DNA of 64,000 bases from an uncultured Acidobacteriota bacterium. GTDB lineage: Bacteria; Acidobacteriota; Thermoanaerobaculia; UBA5066. Positions 49,672-60,170 of the stretch are shown here, in pieces. The stretch lies in assembly GCA_963779415.1 (NCBI GenBank), contig CAVZYA010000001.1, positions 832,001-896,000 of the forward strand, in the 5' to 3' direction. The notes below the pieces were generated by a model. The model saw only the letters and a program-made list of their open reading frames with translations, ran no database searches and was not told the DNA's origin. Both the position numbers and the translations under genes were made by a program. The first letter of the stretch is position 1, and each line of letters begins with the position of its first letter.

Positions 49672-50516
49672 ACCGGAACTCCCGCCGGAAGCTCCTCTCG
49701 AACTTCGTCGTCTTTCTCTGCGGAGCGTCCGTCGTCGTGGCGCTCGTTCCGCTCTGCTTCATCTTCCTCTACGTCATCCAGCAGGGGTTTTCGTCGCTGA
49801 GCTGGGATTTCTTCACGAAGATGCCGAAGCCGGTCGGCGAATCCGGCGGCGGCATGGCCAACGCCATCGTCGGGACGCTGATCCTGATCGGCCTCGCGTC
49901 ACTCCTCGCTGTCCCGGTCGGCCTGATCTCAGGCATCTACCTCTCGGAGTACCCGAAGTCGGGTCTGGCCTCCGCGGTCCGTTTCACGGCCGACGTCCTG
50001 AACGGCATCCCCTCGATCGTCATCGGTATCTTCGCCTACGGCCTCGCGGTCCTCCCGGTGAAGCACTTCAGCGCGCTGGCCGGCGGAATGGCGCTCGGAT
50101 TCATGATGGTCCCGATCATCACCCGGACGACCGAGGAGCTTCTGAACCTCGTGCCGCCCACCCTCCGCGAAGGGGCCCTCGCGCTCGGTGCGACCCGCGC
50201 CCGGGCCGCCTTCACGGTGATGCTCCCCGCGGCTTTGCCCGGCATCATGACCGGAATCCTCGTCTCGCTGGCCCGCATCGCCGGAGAGACCGCCCCGCTC
50301 CTCTTCACGGCGTTCTCGAACCGGTTCTGGTCCACGTCGCTGACGCAGCCGATTGCGTCGTTGACCGTTCAGATCTACACGTACGCCATCTCGCCCTACG
50401 ACGACTGGCACCGGCAGGCCTGGGCGGGGGCGTTCGTCCTCGTCGCCGTGGTCTTCATCTTCTCGGTTCTCTCCCGAGTCGTCACGAGACGGCTGGAAAG
50501 GATGCACCGGACATGA
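49668..50516 (+). CDS. pstA: Phosphate ABC transporter permease
   Basis: ATG 49668; [28 protein letters not shown]. Confidence 0.95.
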   Translation: MNRNSRRKLLSNFVVFLCGASVVVALVPLCFIFLYVIQQGFSSLSWDFFTKMPKPVGESGGGMANAIVGTLILIGLASLLAVPVGLISGIYLSEYPKSGLASAVRFTADVLNGIPSIVIGIFAYGLAVLPVKHFSALAGGMALGFMMVPIITRTTEELLNLVPPTLREGALALGATRARAAFTVMLPAALPGIMTGILVSLARIAGETAPLLFTAFSNRFWSTSLTQPIASLTVQIYTYAISPYDDWHRQAWAGAFVLVAVVFIFSVLSRVVTRRLERMHRT

Positions 50517-51373
50517 CGGAGACGGTCCTGACCCCCGGCGAGCCCAGTCCGGGAGGGCTCGCCGTGCCGGCGCCGGTGCCCGCGGAGCCGAGGCCCTCGC
50601 GGGGGCTGGAGTTCGGCACCCCGGTCCGGATGGAGGCCGGGCACATCGACTTCTGGTACGGGCGAAGCCAGGCTCTCTTCGACATCTCGATCCGGATTCC
50701 CGAGAGGTCCGTGACCGCGCTCATCGGACCGTCGGGCTGCGGAAAGTCGACGTTCCTCCGCTGCCTGAACCGGATGAACGACATCATCCCCGACACGCGG
50801 GTCGAGGGGAGCCTTTTGCTGGACGACAAGGACATCTACGGGGCCGGCATCGACATCGTCGACCTCAGGCGCCGGGTCGGCATGGTCTTCCAGAAATCGA
50901 ACCCCTTCCCGAAGTCGATCTTCGACAACGTCGCCTACGGCCTCCGGATCAACGGCTCGCCGAGCGCCTCGGAGCTGGCGGAGAGGGTCGAGCTGGCGCT
51001 CCAGCAGGCCGCTCTCTGGGACGAGGTGAAGGATCGACTCAAGACCTCCGCGCTCGGCCTCTCCGGGGGGCAGCAGCAGCGGCTCTGCATCGCGCGGGCC
51101 CTCGCTGTGGAGCCCGAGGTCCTTCTGATGGACGAGCCCTGCTCGGCTCTCGATCCGATCGCCACCTCCAAGGTGGAGGAGCTGATCTTCGACCTGAAGG
51201 AACGCTACACGATCGTCATCGTGACGCACAACATGCAGCAGGCGGCGCGGGTTTCGGACCAGACCGCCTTCTTCATGCTGGGAAAAATGATCGAGTACGA
51301 CAGGACGGATACCATCTTCACCAAGCCGACCATGAAGACGACCGAGGATTACATTACCGGGAGGTTTGGTTGA
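50513..51373 (+). CDS. pstB: Phosphate ABC transporter ATPase
   Basis: [38 protein letters not shown]. Confidence 0.97.
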   Translation: MTETVLTPGEPSPGGLAVPAPVPAEPRPSRGLEFGTPVRMEAGHIDFWYGRSQALFDISIRIPERSVTALIGPSGCGKSTFLRCLNRMNDIIPDTRVEGSLLLDDKDIYGAGIDIVDLRRRVGMVFQKSNPFPKSIFDNVAYGLRINGSPSASELAERVELALQQAALWDEVKDRLKTSALGLSGGQQQRLCIARALAVEPEVLLMDEPCSALDPIATSKVEELIFDLKERYTIVIVTHNMQQAARVSDQTAFFMLGKMIEYDRTDTIFTKPTMKTTEDYITGRFG

Positions 51374-52068
51374 CCGGAAAGAGCGCCGCTCCGCGCACCC
51401 GGATCGCCATCGTCGAGGACGACGACGATCTCGCCTTCACTCTCTCCTACAACCTGAAGAAGGACGGGAGGTACGAGGTGGAGCGGTTCGCCGGAGGCCT
51501 CGTCGCGCTCGACGCCCTGCTCGCGCACCCCCCCGACCTCGTCCTCCTCGACCTGAACCTCCCGGACGTGGACGGACTCACGATCTGCCGCGAGCTTCGA
51601 AAGGGGGAGGAGACGCGGAAGATTCCGATCCTGATGCTGACGGCACGCGTCGAGGAGCGGGACAAGCTTCTCGGCTTCGAGCTGGGGGCCGACGACTACG
51701 TCACGAAACCCTTCTCGATGAAGGAGCTGATGGCCCGGATCACGGCGCACCTCCGCCGCGCAAGTGCGACGGAGGCGGGCGAGGATCTCTGGGAGAACGG
51801 CCGGCTCCGGATCGACCGCGGCCGTCATCTCGTCCTCCGGGACGGCAGGCCCGTCCACCTGACAAAGAAGGAGTTCGATCTCCTCTGGCTTCTCATTCGG
51901 AGCGGGGGGCGTGTCGTGAGCCGCGAGACGATCCTTTCCCGGCTCTGGGACTACGCCGCCGACATCGAGACCCGCACGGTCGACGTCCACATCCGTTCGC
52001 TCCGGAAGAAGGTGGGCGAGGAGATGATCGAGACCGTCGTCGGGGTGGGCTACAGGTTCGCGAAATGA
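51370..52068 (+). CDS. phoB: OmpR/PhoB-family response regulator
   Basis: [34 protein letters not shown]; in the pst operon. Confidence 0.85.
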   Translation: MTGKSAAPRTRIAIVEDDDDLAFTLSYNLKKDGRYEVERFAGGLVALDALLAHPPDLVLLDLNLPDVDGLTICRELRKGEETRKIPILMLTARVEERDKLLGFELGADDYVTKPFSMKELMARITAHLRRASATEAGEDLWENGRLRIDRGRHLVLRDGRPVHLTKKEFDLLWLLIRSGGRVVSRETILSRLWDYAADIETRTVDVHIRSLRKKVGEEMIETVVGVGYRFAK

Positions 52069-53885
52069 GCCGGCCCCTGAAACGATCGATCCTGCCGGTT
52101 CTCGCCGGGCTCGCCGTCGGAGGCGTCTTCGCGGTCCTTCTCGGCCGGGTCCTCGACGGCGCCGTCGCCGAGCGGACTCACCGCGACCTCGAGGGGCGGC
52201 TCGCCAACCTCTCCGAGGAGTTCGTGACCGATTTCCTCCCGGGGGCCCGTCCCGACGAGAAGGTCCGACTCTTCGCACGCGAGGCCGGGGCCCGGATCAC
52301 CCTCATCGCGCCAGACGGCCTCGTCCTCGCGGACAGCGAGGTGCCCCCGGAGAAGGTGCCGTCGATGGAGAATCACGGCGCCCGTCCCGAGATCGTCGAG
52401 GCGCGGCGCTCCGGACTGGGGTTCGACCAGCGCAGCTCGGCCACCGTCGGCATTCCGTTCGTCTACGTCGCGAGGCGCGTGGGAACCGAAGGCGCCCCCG
52501 TTGGCTTCGTCCGGCTCGCGATCAGCCGGCGGGTGCTCGATGCGCAGGAGGCGCCGTTCCGGGGGACGATCGAGAAGATCTCGCTGGGGGCGGGCGTCCT
52601 GGTGGCCCTCCTCTTCCTCGCCGTCCGCCAGCGTCATCGCCGCGAGCTCTCCCGCGTCATGTTGGGAATCGCGGATGCCGCCGAGGGGCGTTCGCCGCAT
52701 CTCCCTCAGGGAGCCTCCGAGGAGACGGAGGAGGTGATCCGGGCGCTCTCGAGGTTCGCCCGCCTCGTCGCCTCCCAGCGCGAGGGGAGCGAGAGGGCCC
52801 GCCTCCTTTCGCGGACCGTCTTCGAGCAGGTTCCCGTCGGCCTCATCGTCGTGGACGAGGCGCTCGACCTCCTCGACGCGAACCCGGCCGCCCTCGCGCT
52901 CTTCCGGGCGCCCGCCGGCATTCCGCGCCGGGCTCTCGTCGATCTCGTCCGGGAGACGGCCATCCTGAGGCTATTCGAAGCCGGAAGCGCAGCGGTGAAG
53001 GGGACGGCCCATGCGAGCGAGATCCTCCGCGTCGCCTCCGACGCGGTCCCCGAGCGGGTCCTCGAGGTGACCGTGCGGGCCCTCCCCCACGCCGAGAGGA
53101 GCGGCGAGCCGGCCGCGATCGGAGTCGTCCGGGACGTGACCGAGCACGAAAAGACCGAGGCGATGCGCCGCCGGTTCGTCTCGGACGTCTCCCACGAGCT
53201 GCGGACCCCGGTGGCCGCCATCCGGGCGGCGACCGAGACCCTGGCCGTCGAGGAGTCGCTCCCGCCCGACCTCGCCCGGCTTCTCGACATTCTCAAGCGG
53301 CAGTCGGCGCAGCTTCAGGACCTCGTCTCGGACCTGACCGATCTGTCGCAGATCGAGTCGGGGGCGGTGACGCTCGCCACGGAGGAGATTCCGGTGAGGA
53401 CGCTCCTCTCCGGGGTCGTCAACGACCTCGCGGCCTTCGCGGCCGCGCGGGGGGTCACGGTGGCGATCGAGGCCCCCGAGGAGCTTCTCGCCGCGGGGGA
53501 CCGGCGCCGGCTGGCCCAGGTCTTCCGGAACCTGATCGACAACGCCGTCAAGTTCTCCCCGGCCGGGAGCCGCGTGGACGTCCTCGCGGAACCGCTCGCC
53601 GCTGCCGCGGGAGGGCTGCGCCGCGTCGTCGTCCACGTCATCGACCGTGGCATCGGAATCCCGCGGGCCGAGCTCGACAACATCTTCCAGCGCTTCTACC
53701 GGGTCGACCCCTCGCGGGCGAAGTCCGTTCCCGGAACGGGGCTCGGGCTCGCCATCGTCAAGCACCTTCTCATCCTTCACCGCGGGTCGATCGCGGTCGA
53801 TTCGGAGCTTGGCAAGGGGAGCCGTTTCAGCGTGACCCTTCCTGCCGCGGCGCCTTCTAAGGCGGCCGCCCTGGAGACGAAATGA
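52065..53885 (+). CDS. phoR: Phosphate regulon sensor kinase
   Basis: Two TMs, MENHGARPEI, FVSDVSHELRTP, NLIDNAVKF, GTGLGLAIVKH. Confidence 0.88.
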   Translation: MSRPLKRSILPVLAGLAVGGVFAVLLGRVLDGAVAERTHRDLEGRLANLSEEFVTDFLPGARPDEKVRLFAREAGARITLIAPDGLVLADSEVPPEKVPSMENHGARPEIVEARRSGLGFDQRSSATVGIPFVYVARRVGTEGAPVGFVRLAISRRVLDAQEAPFRGTIEKISLGAGVLVALLFLAVRQRHRRELSRVMLGIADAAEGRSPHLPQGASEETEEVIRALSRFARLVASQREGSERARLLSRTVFEQVPVGLIVVDEALDLLDANPAALALFRAPAGIPRRALVDLVRETAILRLFEAGSAAVKGTAHASEILRVASDAVPERVLEVTVRALPHAERSGEPAAIGVVRDVTEHEKTEAMRRRFVSDVSHELRTPVAAIRAATETLAVEESLPPDLARLLDILKRQSAQLQDLVSDLTDLSQIESGAVTLATEEIPVRTLLSGVVNDLAAFAAARGVTVAIEAPEELLAAGDRRRLAQVFRNLIDNAVKFSPAGSRVDVLAEPLAAAAGGLRRVVVHVIDRGIGIPRAELDNIFQRFYRVDPSRAKSVPGTGLGLAIVKHLLILHRGSIAVDSELGKGSRFSVTLPAAAPSKAAALETK

Positions 53886-54565
53886 AAGAGCACTTCTCCG
53901 AACTCCTCGAGAACCTCCGCCGCCAGCTGATCGGGATGGGCGCCGAGGTCGAGAACCAGATCCGCCTCGCCATGGACGCCCTCGTGGAGGCCGACGCCGT
54001 GAAGGCCCGCCGGGTCATCGAGCACGACCGGACGATCGACGAGCTGGAAGTGAAGAACGAGGACGACACGATCCACCTCCTCGCCACGCAGCAGCCCGTC
54101 GCGAGCGACCTGCGGCTTCTCGTCGCCGGCCTGAAGATCAACTCCGATCTCGAGCGGATCGGCGACCACGCCGTCAACATCGCGGAGGCCGCCGAGCGGA
54201 TGTCCCACGTCCGGCCGTTCAAGCCCTGGATCGACATCCCCTACATGGCCGAGATCGCCCGCGGGATGTTGCGCGACTCGCTCGACGCCTTCGTGAGGCG
54301 TGACTCGGGCCTCGCCCTCGAGGTCTGCCGGCGGGACGACCTCCTCGACGAGAAGAACAAGTCTCTCATCCGGGAGCTCCTGACCTACATGGCCGAGAAC
54401 CCCGCCCTCATCTCGGCGTCGATCGAGATCATGGGGATCTCGAAGAACCTCGAGCGCGTCGGCGACCTCTCGACGAACATCGCCGAGGAGACGATCTTCA
54501 TCGCCGAGGGCCAGAACATCAAGCACGTCTTCAAGACCCAGCCGCCGGGCTCCAATCCCGCCTGA
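53882..54565 (+). CDS. phoU: Phosphate signalling protein PhoU
   Basis: QQPVASDLR, DLERIGDHAVNIAE, LERVGDLSTNIAE. Confidence 0.96.
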   Translation: MKEHFSELLENLRRQLIGMGAEVENQIRLAMDALVEADAVKARRVIEHDRTIDELEVKNEDDTIHLLATQQPVASDLRLLVAGLKINSDLERIGDHAVNIAEAAERMSHVRPFKPWIDIPYMAEIARGMLRDSLDAFVRRDSGLALEVCRRDDLLDEKNKSLIRELLTYMAENPALISASIEIMGISKNLERVGDLSTNIAEETIFIAEGQNIKHVFKTQPPGSNPA

Positions 54566-54602
54566 TCGCTTCCCGCCGCCCGGCGTGCTACAACCGTCTT
54601 CC

Positions 54603-55829
54603 ATGTCCTCCCTCGCCGGGAAGCGGATTCTCCTCGGCGTGACCGGCTCCATCGCCGCATACAAGGCGGCGGACCTCGCGAGCCGCCTGACGCAGGAGGG
54701 AGCGCTCGTCGACGCCGTCCTGACGGCGGCGGCCGTCCGGTTCGTCTCGCCCCTGACCTTCCGCTCCGTCACCGGCCGGAAGGCCCTGACCGACCTCTGG
54801 AGCGACGAAGCTCACGTCGCCCACGTCGCGGTCGGTCGGGAGGCGGACCTGCTCCTCGTCGCCCCCGCGACGGCCGACATCCTCGCGAAGCTGGCCCACG
54901 GCCTCGCGGACGACCTCCTCTCGGTAGCCGCCCTCGCTTCCCGCGCGCCGCTCGTCCTCTGTCCCGCCATGGACGCGGGGATGTGGGAGCACCCGGCCAC
55001 CCGGGCGAACGTCGAGACGCTGAAGGGGCGCGGCGCCCTCTTCTTCGGGCCGGCGGAAGGGCGGATGGCGAGCGGCCTCATCGGGACCGGCCGCCTCGTC
55101 GAGCCCGAGGAGATCGTCGGCCGCCTCCGGACGCTTCTCGGGGCGAAGGGACCCCTCGCGGGCCGGACGGTCGTCGTCTCGGCCGGCCCGACGTACGAGC
55201 CGATCGACCCCGTCCGGTTCGTCGGGAACCGCTCCTCGGGGAGACAGGGCTTCGCCCTCGCCCGGGCGGCGCTCGACCGCGGGGCGCGGGTGGTCCTCGT
55301 CGCCGGCCCCTCGCCGCTCCCGACGCCGGCAGGCGCCGAGCGTGTCGACGTCGGGACCGCCGCCGAGATGCGCGAAGCGGTCCTCGCGGCCTCCGCGAAG
55401 GCGGACGCCCTCGTCATGGCCGCCGCCGTCGCCGACTACAGGCCCGAGAAGGCGGCCGGCACCAAGCTGAAGAAGGGATCGAAGGATCGCCTCCCGTTCC
55501 GACTCGTCGCGACCGCGGACATCCTCGCGGAAATCGGCGCGCGCCGGCGGAAGACTAAGCGCCCGCGCGTTCTCGTCGGCTTCGCGGCCGAGACGGGAGA
55601 TCCGTCCGCCGAGGCGAAGCGGAAGCTCGTCGCCAAGGGGCTCGACCTCGTCGTCGCGAACGACGTGACCTCCCCCGGCGCCGCTTTCGGCGGACCGACG
55701 AACCACGTCGTCCTCGTCGACGCCTCGGCGGTGGAACGCCTGCCTCTGATGTCGAAGGACGACGTCGCCGGAGCGGTGATGGACCGGATCGTCCGGCTCC
55801 TCCCGAACAGGAGTCGACACGTCGAGTGA
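54603..55829 (+). CDS. coaBC: Bifunctional phosphopantothenoylcysteine decarboxylase/synthase
   Basis: GVTGSIAAYK, APATA, PAMD, GPTYEPIDPVR, AAVADY, VGFAAET. Confidence 0.95.
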   Translation: MSSLAGKRILLGVTGSIAAYKAADLASRLTQEGALVDAVLTAAAVRFVSPLTFRSVTGRKALTDLWSDEAHVAHVAVGREADLLLVAPATADILAKLAHGLADDLLSVAALASRAPLVLCPAMDAGMWEHPATRANVETLKGRGALFFGPAEGRMASGLIGTGRLVEPEEIVGRLRTLLGAKGPLAGRTVVVSAGPTYEPIDPVRFVGNRSSGRQGFALARAALDRGARVVLVAGPSPLPTPAGAERVDVGTAAEMREAVLAASAKADALVMAAAVADYRPEKAAGTKLKKGSKDRLPFRLVATADILAEIGARRRKTKRPRVLVGFAAETGDPSAEAKRKLVAKGLDLVVANDVTSPGAAFGGPTNHVVLVDASAVERLPLMSKDDVAGAVMDRIVRLLPNRSRHVE

Positions 55830-55848
55830 ACGTTCCTGTCGTGCGGCC

Positions 55849-56481
55849 GTGACGGAGAAGAAAGGCTCCTCCGAGAGTCTCGCCCCGGCGACCCGCCCCC
55901 ACGTCTGCCCCGCCTGGGCGGGGCCGCTCCTCTGCTGCCCTCTACGTCGTCTGTTTGAACGGCAGGAAAAGCTCCTCGGCAACTACGTAACGGCGGGAAT
56001 GACCGCTCTCGAGCCGGGCTGTGGCATGGGGTACTTCACCCTGCCGATCGCCCGAATGACGGGTCCGGCCGGCAAGGTGGTCGCCGCCGATCTCCAGCCG
56101 AAGATGATCGAAGGCCTGAAGCGACGCGCTCGTCGCGCCGGCCTCCTCGAACGGATCGAGGCCATTGCCTGCGACGACGACGACCTCCGCCTCGAAGGCT
56201 GGTCGGGGCTCATCGACGTGGCGATCGCGATCCACGTCCTCCACGAAGTCCGCGACCGCCGGCGGTTCCTCGAGCAGATGTTGGAAGCCCTGCGGCCGGG
56301 AGGCCGGTTGCTCCTCCTCGAGCCGAAGGGACACGTCTCCCGCGAGGCGCTCGAGGGCGAACTGGCTCTCGCGGAGCTGGTCGGGTTCCGCCGGGTCGAG
56401 GCCCCGCTCCACCGGAGGAGCCACGGGGCGCTGCTGGAGAAGGCGGCGAGGGAAGGGAGTAGTCGTTCCTACGTGGCGTAA
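55849..56481 (+). CDS. Class I SAM-dependent methyltransferase
   Basis: [18 protein letters not shown]. Confidence 0.82.
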   Translation: MTEKKGSSESLAPATRPHVCPAWAGPLLCCPLRRLFERQEKLLGNYVTAGMTALEPGCGMGYFTLPIARMTGPAGKVVAADLQPKMIEGLKRRARRAGLLERIEAIACDDDDLRLEGWSGLIDVAIAIHVLHEVRDRRRFLEQMLEALRPGGRLLLLEPKGHVSREALEGELALAELVGFRRVEAPLHRRSHGALLEKAAREGSSRSYVA

Positions 56482-56614
56482 GGCCGCGCATGAAGAGCGA
56501 GCCAGCTGTCGCGAATCCGTTTCCGACCGGGCAGGCACCCGGTGGCTTCGTCCCTTGACCCGATTCGCTCTCGCCCGGGTTCCGATGCCCGCCATCGCCA
56601 CGGAGGAGACACGC

Positions 56615-57082
56615 ATGACCGATCTCGCCCTCGAAAGCGGCCCCCGCAAGCGGATCGCCCTCGTCGCTCACGACAACAAGAAGAAGGACCTCCTGGAGTG
56701 GGCCACGTTCAATCGCGACCTTCTCGTGAAGCACGATCTCTTCGCCACCGGCACGACGGGCGCGATGATCGAGAAGGCGCTCGGCACGACCGTCGTCAAG
56801 CTTCAGAGCGGCCCGCTCGGGGGAGACCAGCAGATCGGCGCCAAGATCGCGGAGGGGACGGTGGACTTCGTCATCTTCTTCTGGGACCCGCTGGAGCCGC
56901 AGCCCCATGACCCGGACGTCAAGGCGCTCCTCCGGATCGCGGTCGTCTGGAACGTCCCGGTCGCCTGCAACCGGGCCAGCGCGGACTTCATGATCTCTTC
57001 CCCGCTGATGGACTCCCCTTACGAGAGGATCCTTCCGGACTACGAGGGCTACCGCGACCGGCTCAAAGCCACGGACCTCTGA
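56615..57082 (+). CDS. mgsA: Methylglyoxal synthase
   Basis: [35 protein letters not shown]. Confidence 0.96.
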   Translation: MTDLALESGPRKRIALVAHDNKKKDLLEWATFNRDLLVKHDLFATGTTGAMIEKALGTTVVKLQSGPLGGDQQIGAKIAEGTVDFVIFFWDPLEPQPHDPDVKALLRIAVVWNVPVACNRASADFMISSPLMDSPYERILPDYEGYRDRLKATDL

Positions 57083-57246
57083 TCGAATCGGACTCCCCCG
57101 AGCGCACCGCGGGACGCGTATCGTCGGACGGGCTTCCCGGAGCGAGGTGAATATGAATGCCGAAACGAAGCGGGAGTCGGGTTGGCCCTGACGTGGGGCC
57201 TCGCGCACTTCGCCATCGTCGGCCGGCGAGCCGGGACGATCCCCGG

Positions 57247-57567
57247 CTACGACCGCGCAACTTTCTCGATCTCTTTCCAGGCAGCCGCGATCGGTCTTCG
57301 CTGAAGGTCGTACTTCGGAGCAAGGTGGTCGAGCGAGAAGAGCAGCGACGAGACGAGCTCCGGCACCGCCTCGAGGAGATGCGGGGATCGCGTGACCTCC
57401 GGCAGGAGGCGCCGGAAGACGCTCCTCGCGTCCCGGCTTATCGCGGGCTCGTCGGCGTGGAAGAGAGGCTCCACGGCTCGGCCAAGATCCTTCAGCATCG
57501 CCTCCGTGGCGGGATTCAGCGGAAGCGGGACCGTCGATACCGGGCCATTACGAAGCAGCTTTTCCAC
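57247..57567 (-). CDS. Hypothetical protein (doubtful)
   Basis: Only plausible ORF in the gap; no recognisable motif. Confidence 0.35.
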   Translation of the reverse strand: MEKLLRNGPVSTVPLPLNPATEAMLKDLGRAVEPLFHADEPAISRDARSVFRRLLPEVTRSPHLLEAVPELVSSLLFSLDHLAPKYDLQRRPIAAAWKEIEKVARS

Positions 57568-57644
57568 GTTCGTCGGCGCCGCTCTCTGTCTATTCCAGTC
57601 CTGTTAAGACGAAATGAAGACGATGCCGGACGCGGCGCCCGGCG

Positions 57645-58409
57645 TCAGACGTTCAGAGCGTGGATGACGCGGAGGCCGTCGAGCGTCAGCCACGGCGCGA
57701 CGTTCTCCAGAACCGCCGTCTCCCGGGCGATCAGCTCGCTGTAGCCCCCCGTCGCGATCACCTTCGTCTCCGGGCCGAGTTCGGCGCGGAACCGCGCGAC
57801 CATCCCCTCCACGAGGCCGACGTAGCCGAAGACGAGCCCCGACTGCAGCGCGTGCTCGGTGTTCCGCCCGATGGCGAAAGGAGGCCGGACGAGATCGACC
57901 CGCGGGAGCTTGGCGGCCCGCACGTGGAGGGCTTCCGCGGCGATGCCGATCCCCGGCGCGATCGCCCCTCCGAGATACTCGCCCCGCGAGGAGAGCGCGT
58001 CGAACGTCGTCCCGGTCCCGAAATCGACGATGCAGGCCGGGCCGCCCCAGAGCGCCTTGACGGCGGCGGCATTCACGATCCGGTCGGCGCCCACCTGCTT
58101 CGGGTCGTCGTAGAGGACCCGGATTCCCGTCTTCACGCCCGCCTCGACCACGAGCGGATCGACGCCGAGCGACCGGCGGCAGACCTCCACCCACGTTCCC
58201 GTCAGCGGCGGCACGACGGACGAGAGAGCCGCGGTCGAGATCTCTCTCTTCGAGAGGCCCTCGTTCGCGAGGAGCGCGAGGAGCATCAGGCCGTACTCGT
58301 CGGCGAGACGGGTCCGGACCGTTTCGAGGCGCCAGCGCGGGCCGGGCTTCTCCCCGTCCCAGAGGCCGATCGTGATCGTCGTGTTTCCGATGTCGAGGGC
58401 CAGAAGCAT
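57645..58409 (-). CDS. coaX: Type III pantothenate kinase
   Basis: LDIGNT, SSVVP, GADRIVN, VDFGT, GGAIAPG, IATGG. Confidence 0.95.
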   Translation of the reverse strand: MLLALDIGNTTITIGLWDGEKPGPRWRLETVRTRLADEYGLMLLALLANEGLSKREISTAALSSVVPPLTGTWVEVCRRSLGVDPLVVEAGVKTGIRVLYDDPKQVGADRIVNAAAVKALWGGPACIVDFGTGTTFDALSSRGEYLGGAIAPGIGIAAEALHVRAAKLPRVDLVRPPFAIGRNTEHALQSGLVFGYVGLVEGMVARFRAELGPETKVIATGGYSELIARETAVLENVAPWLTLDGLRVIHALNV

Positions 58410-58426
58410 CGAGGCCTCCCCTTTCG

Positions 58427-59275
58427 TCAGAGCGCGGAGCCTTCCGGCAGGACGAGATTGTCCAGAAGCCGGGTCGATCCGAACCGGACGGCCATCGAGA
58501 CGAGCACCCGGCCGGCCGCCGTCTCGATCTCGACGAGCGTCTCCGGATCGGCCGCCGAGACGTAGTCCACGGACGCGAGCGGCTCGGCGGCGAGAATCGC
58601 GAGCGCGGGCTCGCGGAGCCGCGGGCCGCGGCGTTCGCCCGCGAGCCACGCCGCCGAGACGGCCCGAAGGGAGCGGTAGAGGACCGGCGCCGCCCGCCGC
58701 TCTTCCGGGGTGAGATAGGCGTTCCGGCTGCTCATCGCGAGGCCGTCCGGCTCGCGGACGATCGGGCAGACGACGATCTCGACGGGGAGGTCGAGGTCGG
58801 CGGCCATTCTCCGGATGATCACCGCCTGCTGGGCGTCCTTCTGGCCGAAGTAGGCCCGGTCCGGCTCGATCACGTGCAGGAGCTTCGACACGACGGTCAG
58901 GACGCCGCGAAAGTGTCCCGGACGGCGCTCCCCTTCGAGCGTCCCGGCAAGCGCGCCCGGAACGACCCATGTCTGAAAGCCCGGCGGAAAGACGGACGCC
59001 GCCTCCGGCGCGAAGACGAGGTCGACCCCTTCCGCCTCGAGAAGCGCGAGATCTCCCTCGAGGTTCCGCGGGTACTTCGCGAGATCCTCCTGCGGGCCGA
59101 ACTGCGTCGGGTTGACGAAGATGCTCGCGAGGGCGGCGTCGCTCTCGGCGCGCGAGCGCCGGACGAGCGACAGGTGCCCGTCGTGCAGCGCTCCCATCGT
59201 CGGGACGAATCCGACCCGGCCCCGAAGTCCGCGCCGGAGGCGCCGCGCCTCGCGGGAGTCCGTGACGACCTTCAT
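58427..59275 (-). CDS. panC: Pantoate--beta-alanine ligase
   Basis: FVPTMGALHDGH, SIFVNPTQF, RPGHF, FGQKDAQQ, GLAMSSRN, RLLDN. Confidence 0.96.
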   Translation of the reverse strand: MKVVTDSREARRLRRGLRGRVGFVPTMGALHDGHLSLVRRSRAESDAALASIFVNPTQFGPQEDLAKYPRNLEGDLALLEAEGVDLVFAPEAASVFPPGFQTWVVPGALAGTLEGERRPGHFRGVLTVVSKLLHVIEPDRAYFGQKDAQQAVIIRRMAADLDLPVEIVVCPIVREPDGLAMSSRNAYLTPEERRAAPVLYRSLRAVSAAWLAGERRGPRLREPALAILAAEPLASVDYVSAADPETLVEIETAAGRVLVSMAVRFGSTRLLDNLVLPEGSAL

Positions 59276-60170
59276 GCCGCACCCTTCTCGTCCAGCGCGC
59301 GGACCGCGAGCCAGAGGCTCTCGTTCACCGGCGCCGGGACACCGAGCCGCCGGGCCTTCGCGACGACCGCGCCGTTGATCGCGTCCACTTCCGTCGGGGC
59401 TCCACGCCGGACGTCCTGGAGCATCGACGAGACGTTTCCGGCCGTCGCGAGGGCCACGCGCCGTGCCGCCTCCCCGGGATCGCCAGCCGGAAGCTCGATC
59501 CCGGCCGCCGCCGCCGTCGCGACGACCTCCCGGGCCGCGGAATCGAGAAGGGCCACGGCGGACGGGCGGCGCAGGATCTCGCCGTTGGCGACGTCGAGCA
59601 GCGCCGTCAGCGGAAGAAGAGGCGCCGTGACCGAGAGCTTCTCCCAGACGAGGCGATTCGCATCCGGAACGATCGAGACCTCGAAGCCCGCCCGCGAGAG
59701 AAGCTCCTCGACGCGCGCGGCCTTCGGATGGGCGGCGAGAGAGATCCGCCTCCCTCCGCCGGAGCGGGCGTGCCCGGGCGACACGAGCGTCGCGCCGACC
59801 TCGGCCGCTCCCGTCACGACACGCTCCGGACCGAGCGCGGCGCCGAGCGTCTCGGAATTTCCCGAGGCCGTTCTGAAGGGTCACGGCGACGCCGTCCTTC
59901 TCGAGAAACGACCGGATCGCTTCGGCGGCCCGCCCCGTCGCCCCCGCCTTCACGAGGACGAAGGCGATCCGCGCGCCACGGCATTCCTCCGGAGAGACGG
60001 TGGCCGCCACTGATGCGGAGAACGTCCCGTCTTCGGAGTCGAGGGTCGCGCCGTGGAGACGAAAGCTCCGGATCGCCTCGGCCCACGTCCCGAGAAGGGT
60101 GACGGGGACGAGCGCCGCCGAGCCGGGCGGCGAAGAGCGTCGCCAGAGCGCCGGTCCCGACGACCGTCAC
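59272..60170 (-). CDS. panE: 2-dehydropantoate 2-reductase; frameshifts near 60110 and 59858
   Basis: [38 protein letters not shown] across three frames. Confidence 0.85.

Noticed and set aside
56490-56600. Hairpins upstream of mgsA (ACCGGG..CCCGGT; GCGAATC..GATTCGC)
   Set aside because: Short stems expected by chance at this GC content; no recognisable riboswitch core
57645-60010. Extended N-termini for coaX, panC, pstA, phoR and mgsA in the ORF track
   Set aside because: The extensions overlap upstream genes; starts were reassigned using RBS, stop/start overlaps and family motifs
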